A stretch of 64,000 nucleotides of DNA from Eledone cirrhosa (lineage: Eukaryota): the NCBI GenBank assembly GCA_964016885.1, contig OZ024743.1, forward strand, positions 75,392,001 to 75,456,000, given 5' to 3'. Position numbers and translations under genes: made by a program. A model generated the notes under the pieces. The model searched no databases, was not told where the DNA came from, and worked only from the letters and a program-made list of their open reading frames with translations. Below, piece after piece: positions 1-12,180 of this stretch. Position 1 is the first letter of the stretch. Each line of letters begins with the position of its first letter.

Positions 1-75
1 AATGATAATCAATTCAATTAAGAAATATATATATATATCAAGTAAGTATGTTTTGAAACAGTGAGCAGGTTTGAA

Positions 76-290
76 ATTAGAAAATAGAATAGCTTTCACC
101 GTATTTTTGACTAAAGGAATTTTAGCCTGATAATGTGGTTTAGAACCCTCAGATAAATGGAAAAAGATGAGTATTGATCCCATGTACGTCAATACTCATC
201 TTTTTCCATTTATCTGAGGGTTCTAAACCACATTATCAGGCTAAAATTCCTTTAGTCAAAAATACGGTGAAAGCTATTCTATTTTCTAAT
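76..290. repeat. Perfect long inverted repeat (102-bp arms, 11-nt loop) between (TA)n tracts
   Basis: 76-177 is the exact reverse complement of 189-290; loop tcccatgtacg. Confidence 0.95.
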
Positions 291-1075
291 ACATATATAT
301 ATATATTATTAGTATTATTATTAAAATTAAATACCATTTATTCTGCGGCAGAGCTTCATCTTCTCCATCATTCGCTCCTGCAGAATCGTAGTACTGGTCA
401 TTATTGTATGTGTGTGTTTCTGCGCGTGTGTGTGTGTATGTATATATATATAGTGTGTATGCTTGCGATCGCCCTTCGTGAGGAGAATGTTGTGTACGTA
501 TTCACATATTTAGAGGTAATATCACGTGACAAATCACATTATTCTTTCAAAAGGAAAAGTTTGGCGCCATTTTTCTTTCAAAAGGAAAAGTTTAGCGCCA
601 AAATTCTCTTAGTGTTGTCTGAAGCTGAGGAACCGGGGTTATTCCATTTCTGTCAACAACTTACTGGCGAAACAGATCTCTTTGGATTTGTACGTGTGTT
701 ATACAGTTATAGAGGTATTTATTTACGCTTTAATTTATATTTTTAATTATCGTGTCTATAGTCTGCCTTTCATAGGTTATAGATTCCATACACTGGTGGT
801 TTTATCCCTGTTTTATTGATAGCGCACTGTATATCTCTCTCTAGTGTGTTACCTTTACAACATATTGTATTTTAAAGAGCTCAGGATTTCTTCTCCTTTG
901 AACACATTATTTAAAGGGAATGGCGAGGGTCTATGACTCCGTTAATTTATCGTGATATTTTGCTCCTTATAACAGTCTTTCCTATTCCTCTGTTTGGTTG
1001 AGCACACTTCTCTGAGTGGTTTTGGGCTGCCCTTTCTAGCAGCTCGTCCCTCAGAGGCCACTGGTTCACTGCACA

Positions 1076-1523
1076 TCGTCCTTATTAAAGCAGTGGTTAG
1101 CTTTGTTGACCCCATGACAAGCTTCTCTAGTTTTCTAAGATCATTTGTATCATCCTTATTAAAGCAATAGTTAGCTTTACGGACCCCATGACAAGCTTCT
1201 CTAGTTTTCCAAGATCATCTGTATCGTCCTTATTAAAACAGTGGTTAGCTTTATAGACTCCATGAGAAGCTTCTCTAGTTTTCCAAGATCATTTGTATCG
1301 TCCTTATTAAAGTAATGGTTAGCTTTACGGACCCCATGACAAGCTTCTCTAATTTTCCCAGATCATATGTATCATCCTTATTAAAGCAGTGGTTAGACTT
1401 TACAGACCCCATGACAAGCTTCTCTAGTTTTCCCAGATCATTTGTATCATCCTTATTAAAGCAGTGGTTAGACTTTACAGACCCCATGACAAGCTTCTCT
1501 AGTTTTCCCAGATCATTTGTATC
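1076..1523. repeat. Minisatellite, 74-75 bp unit, ~6 copies
   Basis: Recurrent ccttattaaagcagtggttag...gaccccatgacaagcttctctagttttcc; explains ORFs 1275-1535 and 1315-1560. Confidence 0.95.
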
Positions 1524-2022
1524 TCTTTTCACCAAACTTCTGTTGGTGATAAGGGCATAACCATAATATTACATCCAATTATCTCTGTTAAAAATACTTA
1601 ATTAGAGGAACTGTTTTCTAAGATGGAACAGGGGACACATTTCATATACATTCCTATCAGTTTTGGCATGGTTTCTACAGCGAGATACTCTTTCTAGTAC
1701 CAACTACTTTGATTGGTATTAGAAAGGGTATCTAGCTCAACCTACACTATATTGTTATGATTCAATACAAACATTTATCAAGCCAGTAAAATCATACCAA
1801 AACTATGTCAAAACATGTTATATTTGGAAAAATTGAAAGATCTGAAGAAAAAGAAAAAAAAAGGTTTCATGTATTTGTTCTAATTAGGCAAGATTCCATT
1901 CCTTGAAACTTGAATATTTGTAAATAAATTCTCCAGAAATAAAGTCACACTCTAATTATATTTAGTACCGAATATACTTCCATTTTTTATTGATAAAACA
2001 TTGAGGAATACAGTTTACTTAA

Positions 2023-2457
2023 CCCTTTAGCATATAAACCAGTTGTATCTGACCAGAATTCGCTCATCTCTTTCTGTTCAAACCGGCTGCTCACACTGAT
2101 GTTAAGGTATTATTCTCAACATAAATAATATCAAAATCTCAGATTCGATATTATGTGAGATAATTATGTGAGATAAAGCCTTTACCATGAAAATATAATA
2201 GTAAATATAGAGTAATGTAAATGCTAAAGGGTTAACCCTGTAGCATTTAAACTGGCCGTATCTGGCCAGAATTCTCTCACCTCTTTCTGTTCAAACCAGC
2301 TGTAACTGGCCACTTGTATTTATGCTAAGGTATTGTTCTCAAAATAAATAATATCAAAATCTCATAGATTTGATATAATGTTAGATAAAAATACAAGAGT
2401 ATATATAGTGTAATGTTAGATAAAAATACAAGAGTATATATAGTGTAATGCTAAAGG
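2023..2457 (+). mobile_element. Two head-to-tail copies of TTAA-specific MITE family A (piggyBac-type): 2023-2231 and 2236-2457
   Basis: TTAA|CCCTTTAGCAT...ATGCTAAAGGG|TTAA termini; shared TTAA at 2232-2235. Confidence 0.85.
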
Positions 2458-2821
2458 TTAAATCCTTTCATTACCAGGAGAGTTACTGCTTATGAGTTTC
2501 AAATAATTTCGAAATTTATGAAGACTTTTGAGTGTTTTAGTAATATAACTAACTTTCTCATAATTAAACTGGTATTTGGAATATAACTTAACGAAGATTC
2601 TTAAAATATGGTGGAAGATTTTTAGGTAGATAAACCCTTTTGTTTCCATATTTCTAATGAAAGACACTGTTTGTTTCAAATAATCTTTATAAATAATCAC
2701 TTTTTCATAATTAAGCTGGTGTTTGGAATATAATTTAACCCTTTAGCATTTAAACTGGCTGTATCGTTTGTATTATTCAAACAGTTTATTGAACAACTAG
2801 AATGCTCATCGTCAAGTACTT

Positions 2822-2859
<38 letters not shown>

Positions 2860-2919
2860 AAGTAATTCCGTTGGAAAAGTCCAGGAAAAAAGAGTGCTCT
2901 ATGTAGGTAACAGAGCTTA

Positions 2920-3292
2920 ATAGTTATGTAATAAACAACATAAGGCAATTATTCCATTTACCAGTGGTTTCTTAAAAGCAAAAGATTTTGCTTTCAATCC
3001 TCAGAATGAAAAAATCCTGGTCTGTTTATTGAATTTGGATTTTAAAAACAAAAATGCAATCTATATGAAAGTGAGGCTGGAGAAGGAAGAAGGAAAGGAA
3101 AAATAAATATTTTTATTTTTCCTTTCCTTCTTCCTTCTCCAGCCTCACTTTCATATAGATTGCATTTTTGTTTTTAAAATCCAAATTCAATAAACAGACC
3201 AGGATTTTTTCATTCTGAGGATTGAAAGCAAAATCTTTTGCTTTTAAGAAACCACTGGTAAATGGAATAATTGCCTTATGTTGTTTATTACA

Positions 3293-3299
<7 letters not shown>
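2920..3299. repeat. Perfect long inverted repeat (188-bp arms, 4-nt loop) abutting (TA)n
   Basis: 2920-3107 is the reverse complement of 3112-3299. Confidence 0.95.
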
Positions 3300-3331
<32 letters not shown>

Positions 3332-3781
3332 ATGTATGTATGAATCTCTATATATGTATATATATATATGTATGTATATCTATATATATGTGTGTGTATG
3401 TATATATATGTGTGTATGCATATGTGTGTGTGTGTATGTATATATATATATATGTCTATGTATGCATATATGTGTGTGTGTATGTATATATATGTATATA
3501 TATATATATATGAAGATAAATTAACGGAACCATAGTCGCGTTATTCCCTGTAAATTATGTACTCAAAGGGAAAGGAATCCTATACATATTGTATATGTAG
3601 ATATATATGTATATATATATGCATGTATATGTGTATTTGTATATATGTATATGTGTGTATGTATGTATATATATGAATGTATATATATATGTATGTGTAT
3701 ATATATATATATATGTATGTGTATATATATATATATATGTATGTGTATATATATATATATATGTATGTGTATATATATATA
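3296..3781. repeat. Compound (TA)n/(TG)n/(TATG)n microsatellites
   Basis: Direct inspection; source of spurious YIYI/VCVC ORFs. Confidence 0.95.
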
Positions 3782-3848
3782 GATGTAATCTGAATTTTAT
3801 AGATGTAATCTGAATAGTATGGTAGAATATTAAGTGTGAAATGTTAAT

Positions 3849-3887
3849 TGAACAAGTACTTTCATGCTTTCGCAATCTTCAGGTTCA
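3849..3887 (-). ncRNA. Minimal type-I hammerhead ribozyme motif (Penelope-like)
   Basis: Minus strand: TGAAC-CTGAAGA-TTGC gaaa GCAT-GAAA-GTAC-TT-GTTCA; stem I TGAAC/GTTCA, palindromic stem III AGTACT. Confidence 0.75.
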
Positions 3888-4195
3888 TATTCTGTGGTGA
3901 CAGTCAAGTTTGCAATTTTCAACTGTAATGAGATGGGTAAATTTTGTGCCCTATATACAGTGAAAAGCGGCTACAGAATGCTAAATTTTGCAAACTGTAT
4001 TTCGAGCAATTGGTGTGTAGTTTCACTGGATTACTGAAGCTGATTGGTTTAGGCGTCATGGTTGTTTGAGCATGTCTAACGACTTCTATTTGGCTCTATC
4101 CAAAGCAACAATAGTTTTGCTATTTTTAGAAATGATGTAAATAACATTTTCTAGGGTTTTTATACCCCTAAGAATTATTATTGTTCATTTAGCTA

Positions 4196-4234
4196 TGAAC
4201 CTGAAGATTGCGAAAGCATGAAATTACTTGTTCA
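4196..4234 (+). ncRNA. Second (inverted) copy of the minimal hammerhead motif, stem III mutated
   Basis: TGAAC-CTGAAGA-TTGCGAAAGCAT-GAAA-TTAC-TT-GTTCA; lies within 77-bp inverted repeat 3813-3889/4194-4270. Confidence 0.7.
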
Positions 4235-4393
4235 ATTAACACTTAACACTTAATATTCTACCATACTATTTCATTCTAATACCATTATAATTTTAAAGGA
4301 TTGTAAATAAAACAAGTAAATCAGACAAAGTTGCAATTCCTTTTATTAATATAATCTTCTATACACAATCATACACACCTGTATATATTTATT

Positions 4394-4425
<32 letters not shown>

Positions 4426-4533
4426 GCTTTTAAGCTATTTTGTAGTATCTCTGTTCAGGAACACACCACTTATATTAAATTTATCTCCCTGAAGCTTTGT
4501 AAGAGTCTGAGAGATTGGCTACATATATGTTTT

Positions 4534-5343
4534 CATCATCATCATCATCATCAACGTTTAACGTCCGTGTTCCACGCTTGCATGGGTTTGGACGGGGGTA
4601 GTCCCACTTGAGGCAAGAGTGATTGTCTTGCTCGCATAGGACTGTCTGGCAGGTTTTCTACAGTTGGATGCCCTTCCTAACACCAACCACATTTACAGTG
4701 TGGGTCTGGGAGGTTTTTACCGTGTTGCCTACACGGCCACATTACAGCGTGGACTGTGTGTTTTTTTGTCGTGACACCTACACGATCTCATTTGTTTCGG
4801 CCTGGATGGTGTGGCACCAACATAACTTTACATAGAACGGGGTGGTGTGGATGGGGGTGGGGTGGGGGGGGGGGGGTATTTTGTTAGAGATGCCTACTGG
4901 CTGTAGTAGGTTTTACCATGTATTTAGGTAAGGCGGGTCTTCTCTGTTACTGAGTACCGCCAAAGGTCTCGGTCCAGTGACATTGTCTTGGAGAGGTGTA
5001 AGTGTGTGAGGTCGGAGTTTATCAGCTCGTCCCAGGTTTTTCTAGGTCTGCCTATTCCGTGGCTACCGTCTATCTTTATTGCCCTGCACTTTGTTATACA
5101 GCTATCGACTTTCATGCGCATCACGTGTCCATACCAACGTAGCCTTCTCTCGAGTAAACAACATCTGATCCCTCTTATTTCTAATTTTTCCCTTAGTTCG
5201 TTTATGCTTTGCCGTTCACGTATATTACTGTTACACATCCAGCGGAGCATGCAAGCTTCGTTCCTCTCTAGTCTGCGTATATCCTCTGCACACAATGCCC
5301 AAGTCTCACTGCCATGCAACATTGCTGTTCGTATGCAGGCATC
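4534..5343 (-). mobile_element. 5'-truncated RTE-clade LINE (3' ORF end, 3' UTR, (ATG)n tail)
   Basis: ORF 4924-5322 MLHGSETW...RRLRWYGHVMRM...GRPRKTW, near-identical to the copy at 14.8-17.9 kb; probable TSD GTTTT at 4529-4533 and 5344-5348. Confidence 0.92.
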
Positions 5344-5374
5344 GTTTTATATATATATATTTTTTTTTGTTTAG

Positions 5375-5440
5375 ATGGAAGACAAAACAAAGAAGATGAA
5401 TACAAAGATGAAGAAGAGAAAGATAAAGATGAAGAACCTC
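5375..5440 (+). other. Candidate acidic exon, copy A of a triplicated module
   Basis: Polypyrimidine-TTTAG acceptor then (D)GRQNKEDEYKDEEEKDKDEE; upstream intron motif at 4470-4533 shared with copies B and C. Confidence 0.35.
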
Positions 5441-5670
5441 ACTGCACAACACCACACTGCACCACACCACATCGCAGTGCACCGCACCACATCACACCAC
5501 ACTTCACCACATAAAAACATACAACACAACTCCACACCACAACTACTCCACACCACATAACACCACAACACAACACACCACTCCACACCACAACACAACA
5601 CACCACTCCACACCACAACACAACACACCACTCATCACTACAACACACCACATTACTCCACACCACATAA
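5440..5670. repeat. Degenerate pentanucleotide (CACAC/CAACA) microsatellite
   Basis: Direct inspection. Confidence 0.9.
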
Positions 5671-5700
5671 CACCCAAAATTTTTTCCTCATCTTTTTTTC

Positions 5701-6551
5701 ATGTGTTATCAACTAATCTGATCTCCAAGATGTTTGTTATTGACTCTCTCTTCATGGAAAACTTAGGTGGATGCACTTCTCTCATTTAACCCCAGAGTTT
5801 TCTCTAAGATTTTTCGTATGTTATCAACGAATATGACCTCCAAACCAGTTGGAAATGATTAGTTGTTCTAGAAAAAAGGAGGGGTAAAGCAGGTGGAAAA
5901 ACCATTGTCGTTTTGTAGATATATACCCTAATGATTTTTCTTCGGTCTCCTTTTGAGTGCTATCAACTAATCTGACCTTTTAGTTGCTCTGAATCAATTT
6001 TTTTTCCTGGGATTTGGAAACTAAAACTAAATAAAACATAAAATTAAATCTAGCCCCAACCCTAAACTCTAAATCTAAACCAAACCAAGCTAAATCTAAA
6101 TATAAACATTACCCAACCCTTAAACTAACCCTAAACTATACCCCAAACCTAAAACTAAACCCTAAACTCTAAACCTAACCCAGGGAAATAAGTTGATTGG
6201 AAGCATCTAGGAGGTCAGATTAAGTAATAGCACAAGAAATAGCATAGGAAATAGCATAGGAAATTAATAGCACAGGAAATATACCGAAAATGATTAAGTC
6301 CCACAACATGTGAGTGGGGTGTAGATCTGCAAAACTCTTCCTCTCTCCCTCTCCTCTTTCTCCAAAGCTAGTTGTTTTTGACTGGTTTAGAAGTCATATT
6401 CACTGATAACGCATTAAAATAGAATCAAAGAGAAAATTCCGAGTAAGCAGGGGTTATCCGGGTGAAGGGGGAACCACTTCACCCCGCCGTTTTCCTGGGT
6501 GGAAAAAGTCAGTTTCAAGCATCTTGGAGATTGGATTAGTTGATAGCACAT
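5701..6551. mobile_element. Foldback-like element with nested inverted repeats around a degenerate CCCTAA/CTAAAC array
   Basis: 5701-5736 pairs with 6516-6551; ~5956-6010 pairs with ~6180-6233; central array ~6020-6180. Confidence 0.65.
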
Positions 6552-7105
6552 CTCATCTCATCTCATCTCATCTTGTCTCGCCTCGCCTCACAAAGCCTCA
6601 CCTCGCCTCGCCTTGCCTCACCACGCCTCGCAAAGCCTCGCCTTTCCTCGCCTCGCCTCGCCTTTCCTCACCTCGCCTCACCTCGCCTCGCAAAGCCTTG
6701 CCTCGCAAAGCCTCGCCTTGCCACCCCTCGCCTCGCCACGCCACTCCTCGCCACGCCTCGCCTTGCCTTGCCTTGCCTCGCCTCATTTCACCACGCCACA
6801 TCACATTTCATCACATCACATCACATTTCGTCACATCACATCCCATTTCATCACATCACACCACATTTCATCACATCACATCACATGCCATCACACCACA
6901 TGCTACCACACTACATCCCACCACACTCCACTACACCATATCCCCCACCCTACATTGAACCACACTCCACTACACCACAGTCCACTACACTAAACCACAC
7001 TCCACTTCACTACACCACTCCACTACACTACACCACTGTCCACTACACTAAACCACACTCCACTACACTACACCACACTCCACTACACTACACCACACCA
7101 CACCA
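6550..7105. repeat. Compound pentanucleotide array (CATCT > CCTCG > CATCA > CTACA/CTCCA)
   Basis: Direct inspection; explains SPRLA/HHIT ORFs. Confidence 0.9.
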
Positions 7106-7135
7106 CTGTCTATTCGACTGTTTTCTATTTTGTAG

Positions 7136-7183
7136 GTATGTCCAGTTACAGTAAGAGAAAGAAAGTTATTTCAAAGGATCTGA
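7136..7183 (+). other. Candidate 48-bp symmetric (phase 1-1) exon, xMSSYSKRKKVISKDL
   Basis: ttttctattttgtag| acceptor and |gtaagt donor; open frame. Confidence 0.4.
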
Positions 7184-7590
7184 GTAAGTAAACACTTCAT
7201 TGACCATCATTTTAAGCAGAATCTCAGTGTAGTTTTAAATTGACCTTTTCATATGATTACACCTCAGTCTTAACTTAATCACCTGTAGATGGATGCTACA
7301 TGTAATGTTAAAATTAGTTAAACACTGTTTCCCCCTTCGCATCACATGTGGATGCTACATGTGTATTGTTAACATTAATCTAACGTTGTGTCCCCCATCC
7401 CCGCCTCACCATATCATACCACACCACATCACACCATGTTGTACCACACCAGACCACATAACATCATGCTATACCATATATATATATATATATGAGCTCC
7501 CCACTTGTTATATTAACTGTATCTCCTCAGTGTTTCATGAAAGTCTGAGAGATCAGCTATATATTTGTTTACAATTTTTTTTATATTTAG

Positions 7591-7691
7591 ATGGAAAAGA
7601 AGAAAAAGACGACAAAGCAGACGACTAAAATGAAAATGACAACAAAGACAAAGAAGACATGGGAAACGAAGATGACAAAAAGAAGAAGAAA
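7591..7691 (+). pseudogene. Candidate acidic exon, copy B (in-frame TAA in the acidic frame)
   Basis: ttttatatttag|ATGG...AAA|gtatga; GKEEKDDKADD*NENDNKDKEDMGNEDDKKKK. Confidence 0.35.
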
Positions 7692-7990
7692 GTATGATCT
7701 CAGTTCAGTCTAAACCTAATGATTTATAGATATGATCTTAGTTCAGTCTTAACCTAATGACCTGTAGATACGATCTATTTAGGTTTAACTTAAACATTCA
7801 AAGATATTTGTATATACTTTTGTTGATGTTTGACATTGTTTTTTAGTTATGAAATAGCTTATAAGCTACATTATAGGATCACAGTGCATGAGTACACTGC
7901 TCTTTAAATTAACTTTATCTCCTCAGCACTTTGTAAAGTCTGAGAGATAGGCAACATATATATTTTACATTCTTTGTTTTGGGTATTTAG

Positions 7991-8190
7991 ATGGCAGAGG
8001 AGAAGATAAAGGCACAGAAGAAGTCAAAGGCACAGAAGAAGTCAAAGGCACAGGAGAAGTCAAAGGCACAGAAGAAGTCAAAGGCACAGGAGAAGTCAAA
8101 GGCACAGAAGCAGTGAAAGGCACAGAAGCAGTCAAAGGCACAGAAGAAAACAAAGGCGCAGAAGAAGACAAAGAAAATGAACAAGAACAA
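7991..8190 (+). other. Candidate acidic exon, copy C, with 18-bp repeat (KGTEEV)n
   Basis: gggtatttag|ATGG; aaaggcacagaagaagtc x~8. Confidence 0.4.
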
Positions 8191-8489
8191 TTATTATTAC
8201 TATTATTATTGTTATTATTATTTGTATTATTATAATCAAACTAAGCCACACTACATCAACCTATACCATACCACACCACACTGACAAACATTATACCATA
8301 CCACATTATCCAACACCACACTACGAAACACTGTACGACCACACATCAGACCATGCTATGAAACAATATACCATACTACACTATACAACAAGAGACAACA
8401 CCACACAAGACTATGAAACACTATACTTTACCACACTATATCACACCACTCAAGTTAGAGAGGACCAACTTTTTTCCTGGAAAGTAGAA

Positions 8490-11400
8490 AACCTAACTTT
8501 AAGCTAAAACCGAACTTTAAAAATAACACTTACCCTAATACTTGCACTCACATATGCTCTAACAGTGAACTTAGCGCTAACATGAAAACTAACACAAACA
8601 CAAAATCTGAAAACTAACATTAAATAGAAAACTAACACTAAAACTGACACTAACACTAACCTGAACACCAGCACTAAAACTAACCCTACCGTAAACACTA
8701 ATACAAACACTAACACTAACCTGAACACTTACACTAAAACTAACATTGGCACAAACATTAGCCTGAACACTAGCACTAAAACTAACACTACCAGAAACAC
8801 TAACACTGACCTGAGCACTAACACTAAAAGTAACACAAACACTAATCTGAAAACTGATACTAACCAGAAAACTAAGCTAACATTAACTTCAACACTAAAA
8901 CAAACACTAACGCTAACAGAGATACTAACACAAATATTAACACAAAAACAAACACTAACACAATCTCTAACACTAACCTCAACACAAAAACTAACATTAA
9001 TTTGAACACTAACTCTAACCTGAAAACTAAGCTAACAGTAACCTGAACACTAGCATAAACACTAATGCTAACACTAACAGAAATACTAATGCTTACATTA
9101 ACGCTAACATTAACACAAAAACAAAGACTAATGCTAACACAATCACTAACACTAATGGAAACATCAAACACTAATGCTAACAGAGATACTAACACAAATA
9201 TTAACACAAAAACAAATACTAACACTAACACAATCTCTAACACTAACCTTAAAACTAAAACTAACACTAACATTAAAAGTAACACTAACACTAACCTGAA
9301 CACTTACACTAAAATTAACATTAACCTGAACACTAACACTAAAACTAACACTAACAGAGATACTAACACAAATATTAACACAAAAACAAACACTAACACA
9401 ATCTCTAACACTAAAACTAACATTAACTTGAACACTAACACTAACCTGAAAACTAAGCTAACATTAACCTGAACACTAACACTAACAGAAATACTAATGC
9501 TAACATTAAAACAAAAACAAAGACTAACGCTAACACAATCACTAACACTAATGGAAACATCAATCACTAATGCTAACAGAGATACTAACACAGATATTAA
9601 CACAAAAACAAACACTAACACAATCTCTAATACTAACCTTAACACTAACACTAACCTGAACACTCACACTAAAACTAACATTAACCTAAACACTAGCACT
9701 AAAACTAACACTACCATAAACAGTAACACAAACACTAACACTGATCTGAGCACTAACAGTAACACTAACACTACCATAAAAACTAACACTAACACTAACA
9801 CGAAAACTGATACTAACCAGAAAACTAAGCTAACATTAACCTCAACACTAAAACAAACACTAACATTAACAGAAAAACAAAGACTAGCACTAACACTAAT
9901 GGAAACACTAACACAAACATTAACACAAAATAAAACACTGACACTACCGTAAACACTAACACTAAAACTGACATTAACACAAACATTAACCTGAACACTA
10001 ACACTACCACTAAAACTAACACTACCGTAAACCACTAACCTGAGCACTAACACTAAAAGTAACATGAGCCCTAACCTGAAAACTAACACTAACCAGAAAA
10101 CTAAGTCAACATTAACCTGAACACTAACACTAACAAAAATGCTAACACTAATACAAAATCAAACACTAACACGAACACTAATGGAAACACTAACGCCAAA
10201 GCTGACACTGACGAAGATGGCTATGCTGGTACAAACGCTAGTGCAAATGTTGACACAATCGCTTATGCTGACACAAACACTAAGGTGAATACTGATGCAG
10301 GTGCAAAGGCGAATGCTGACAAAGACTCTGATGCACATGCTGATGTAAATGCTACACAGACTCTAACGCTGACGTGGACACTGACACAAATGCTCACGCT
10401 GATGCAAACACTAAAGCAAATGCAGACACTAATGCAAACACAGACGCAAATGTTGAGGCAGATGTCAAAGCAAATGCAAATGCTGATGCAAAAGATGACA
10501 GCGATGCTAATGTGAACCTTAACGCAGACGTAAACATTGACGTAGAAGCTAAAGGAAACACTGATGCAAACACTAATGAAAATGCTGACACAGACGCTAA
10601 CACACATTAACACAGATGCTAACGTAAACACTGACGCAAATACTAATATAAACACTGACACAGACGCTAACATAAATGCTGACACAGATGCTAACACACG
10701 TTGACACAGACGCTAACGTAAACGATGACGTAGAAGCTAACGTAAACGCTGACACAGACAAAAATGTAAACGCTGACGCTGATGTAGATGTAAATACAGA
10801 CGCTGACGTAGAAGCTAACACAAACGCTGACACAGACACTAATGTAAGCGCTGACGTAGAAGCTAATGTAGATGCTGACGTAGAAGATAACGTAAATGAT
10901 GACGTAGATGTTAACGTAGACGCTGACGTAGAAGCTAACGTAGATGCTGACATAGAAGCTAACGTAAACGCTGACGTAGAAGCTAACAAAACGCTGACGT
11001 AGTTGTTATGTAGAAGCAGGCGTAGAAATTAGCGTTTACCCTTACCGCCGAAGCTGATCTCCAAAACGCAATTGCTGATGTGGATTGCTGAAGCCAAAGC
11101 GAAGCTAACGCTGACGCAAATGTTGAGGCAGTATTGCCGGCGCTGACGTGTATGCTGACGCTAATGCAAATGCTGATGCGGATGCTAAGGCTAACGCTAA
11201 CGCTGATGCAAATGCTGAAGTTAACGCTTACATGGGATATGCAGACGCTGCAATGATGCGGAGGATGCCACAGGAAAGGTTGATGGAAACGCCAATGCTA
11301 ACGGAAAACGCTGACGTACACGTTACGGAAACGCTGACGTAGACGTTACGGAAACGCTGACACAGACGCTAACGTAAACACTGACGTTAACTGAAATGCT

Positions 11401-12180
11401 GACGCTGATGTAGATGTAAATACTGACGCTGACACAGACGCGGTCGGAAACACTGACGTAGAAGCTAACGGAAACACTGACATAGATGCTGTCGGAAACG
11501 CTGACGTAGATGCTGTCGGAAACACTGACGTAGAAGCTAACGGAATCACTGACACAGACGCTAACGGAAACGCTGACAAAGACGTTAAAGGAAACGCTGT
11601 CGCTAATGCTAATGTGAATGCTGATGCAGATGCTGAAGCAAATGCTAACCCCTACACAAATGCAAACGCTGATGCTAACACTGACTCAAACACTAATGCA
11701 AATGCTGATGTGCACGCTGATGCAAACGCTGTCACTGAGGGAAATGCTGACACTGACACAAGTGCTGACACGGACGCTAATGATAATGCTGACTCAGAAG
11801 CTGGCATAGACGTAGGCACTGAAACAAACACTAATGCTAACACTAATGTTGACTCAGACGCTAAGGGAAATGCTGACACAATCACTATCACCAATGCAGA
11901 CGCTGACGCAAATGCAGACATAGATGCTGACACTTACGCAAACACTAACGCAGATGCTAACACCAGTCTACATAGACACTAACACAGAAGCTTACATAGA
12001 CGCTTATGCAAATGCTAACGCTGATGCAGACAGTAACGCAAACAGTAACTGTAAGAGTAACAGTTACAGTAACACTAACAGTGACAGTAATGCTAACAGT
12101 AACACAGTCACTAACAATAAACTTACCATTAACAGTAAAACTTACCCTAACACTAACCCTAAATCTAACATTAACCCAGA
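8490..12180. repeat. 3.7-kb degenerate hexamer array (ACTAAC grading to GCTGAC/GTAGAA and back toward AGTAAC/CCTAAC)
   Basis: Six-base periodicity throughout; numerous (TN)n, (AD)n and (LV)n ORFs. Confidence 0.9.

Noticed and set aside
612-685. Possible hammerhead (gttgt-ctgaag...gaaac)
   Set aside because: Core is CTGAAGC and stems II/III cannot be paired convincingly
174-746. 190-aa ORF as a gene
   Set aside because: Non-ATG start; runs through a hairpin arm and microsatellites; no recognisable domain
3222-3875. YIYI/VCVC ORFs here and at 20.3-21.9, 34.5-36 and 55.6 kb
   Set aside because: Dinucleotide microsatellite artefacts
6020-6180. Telomere or interstitial telomeric array
   Set aside because: Only scattered CCCTAA among degenerate hexamers; it is the core of a foldback element
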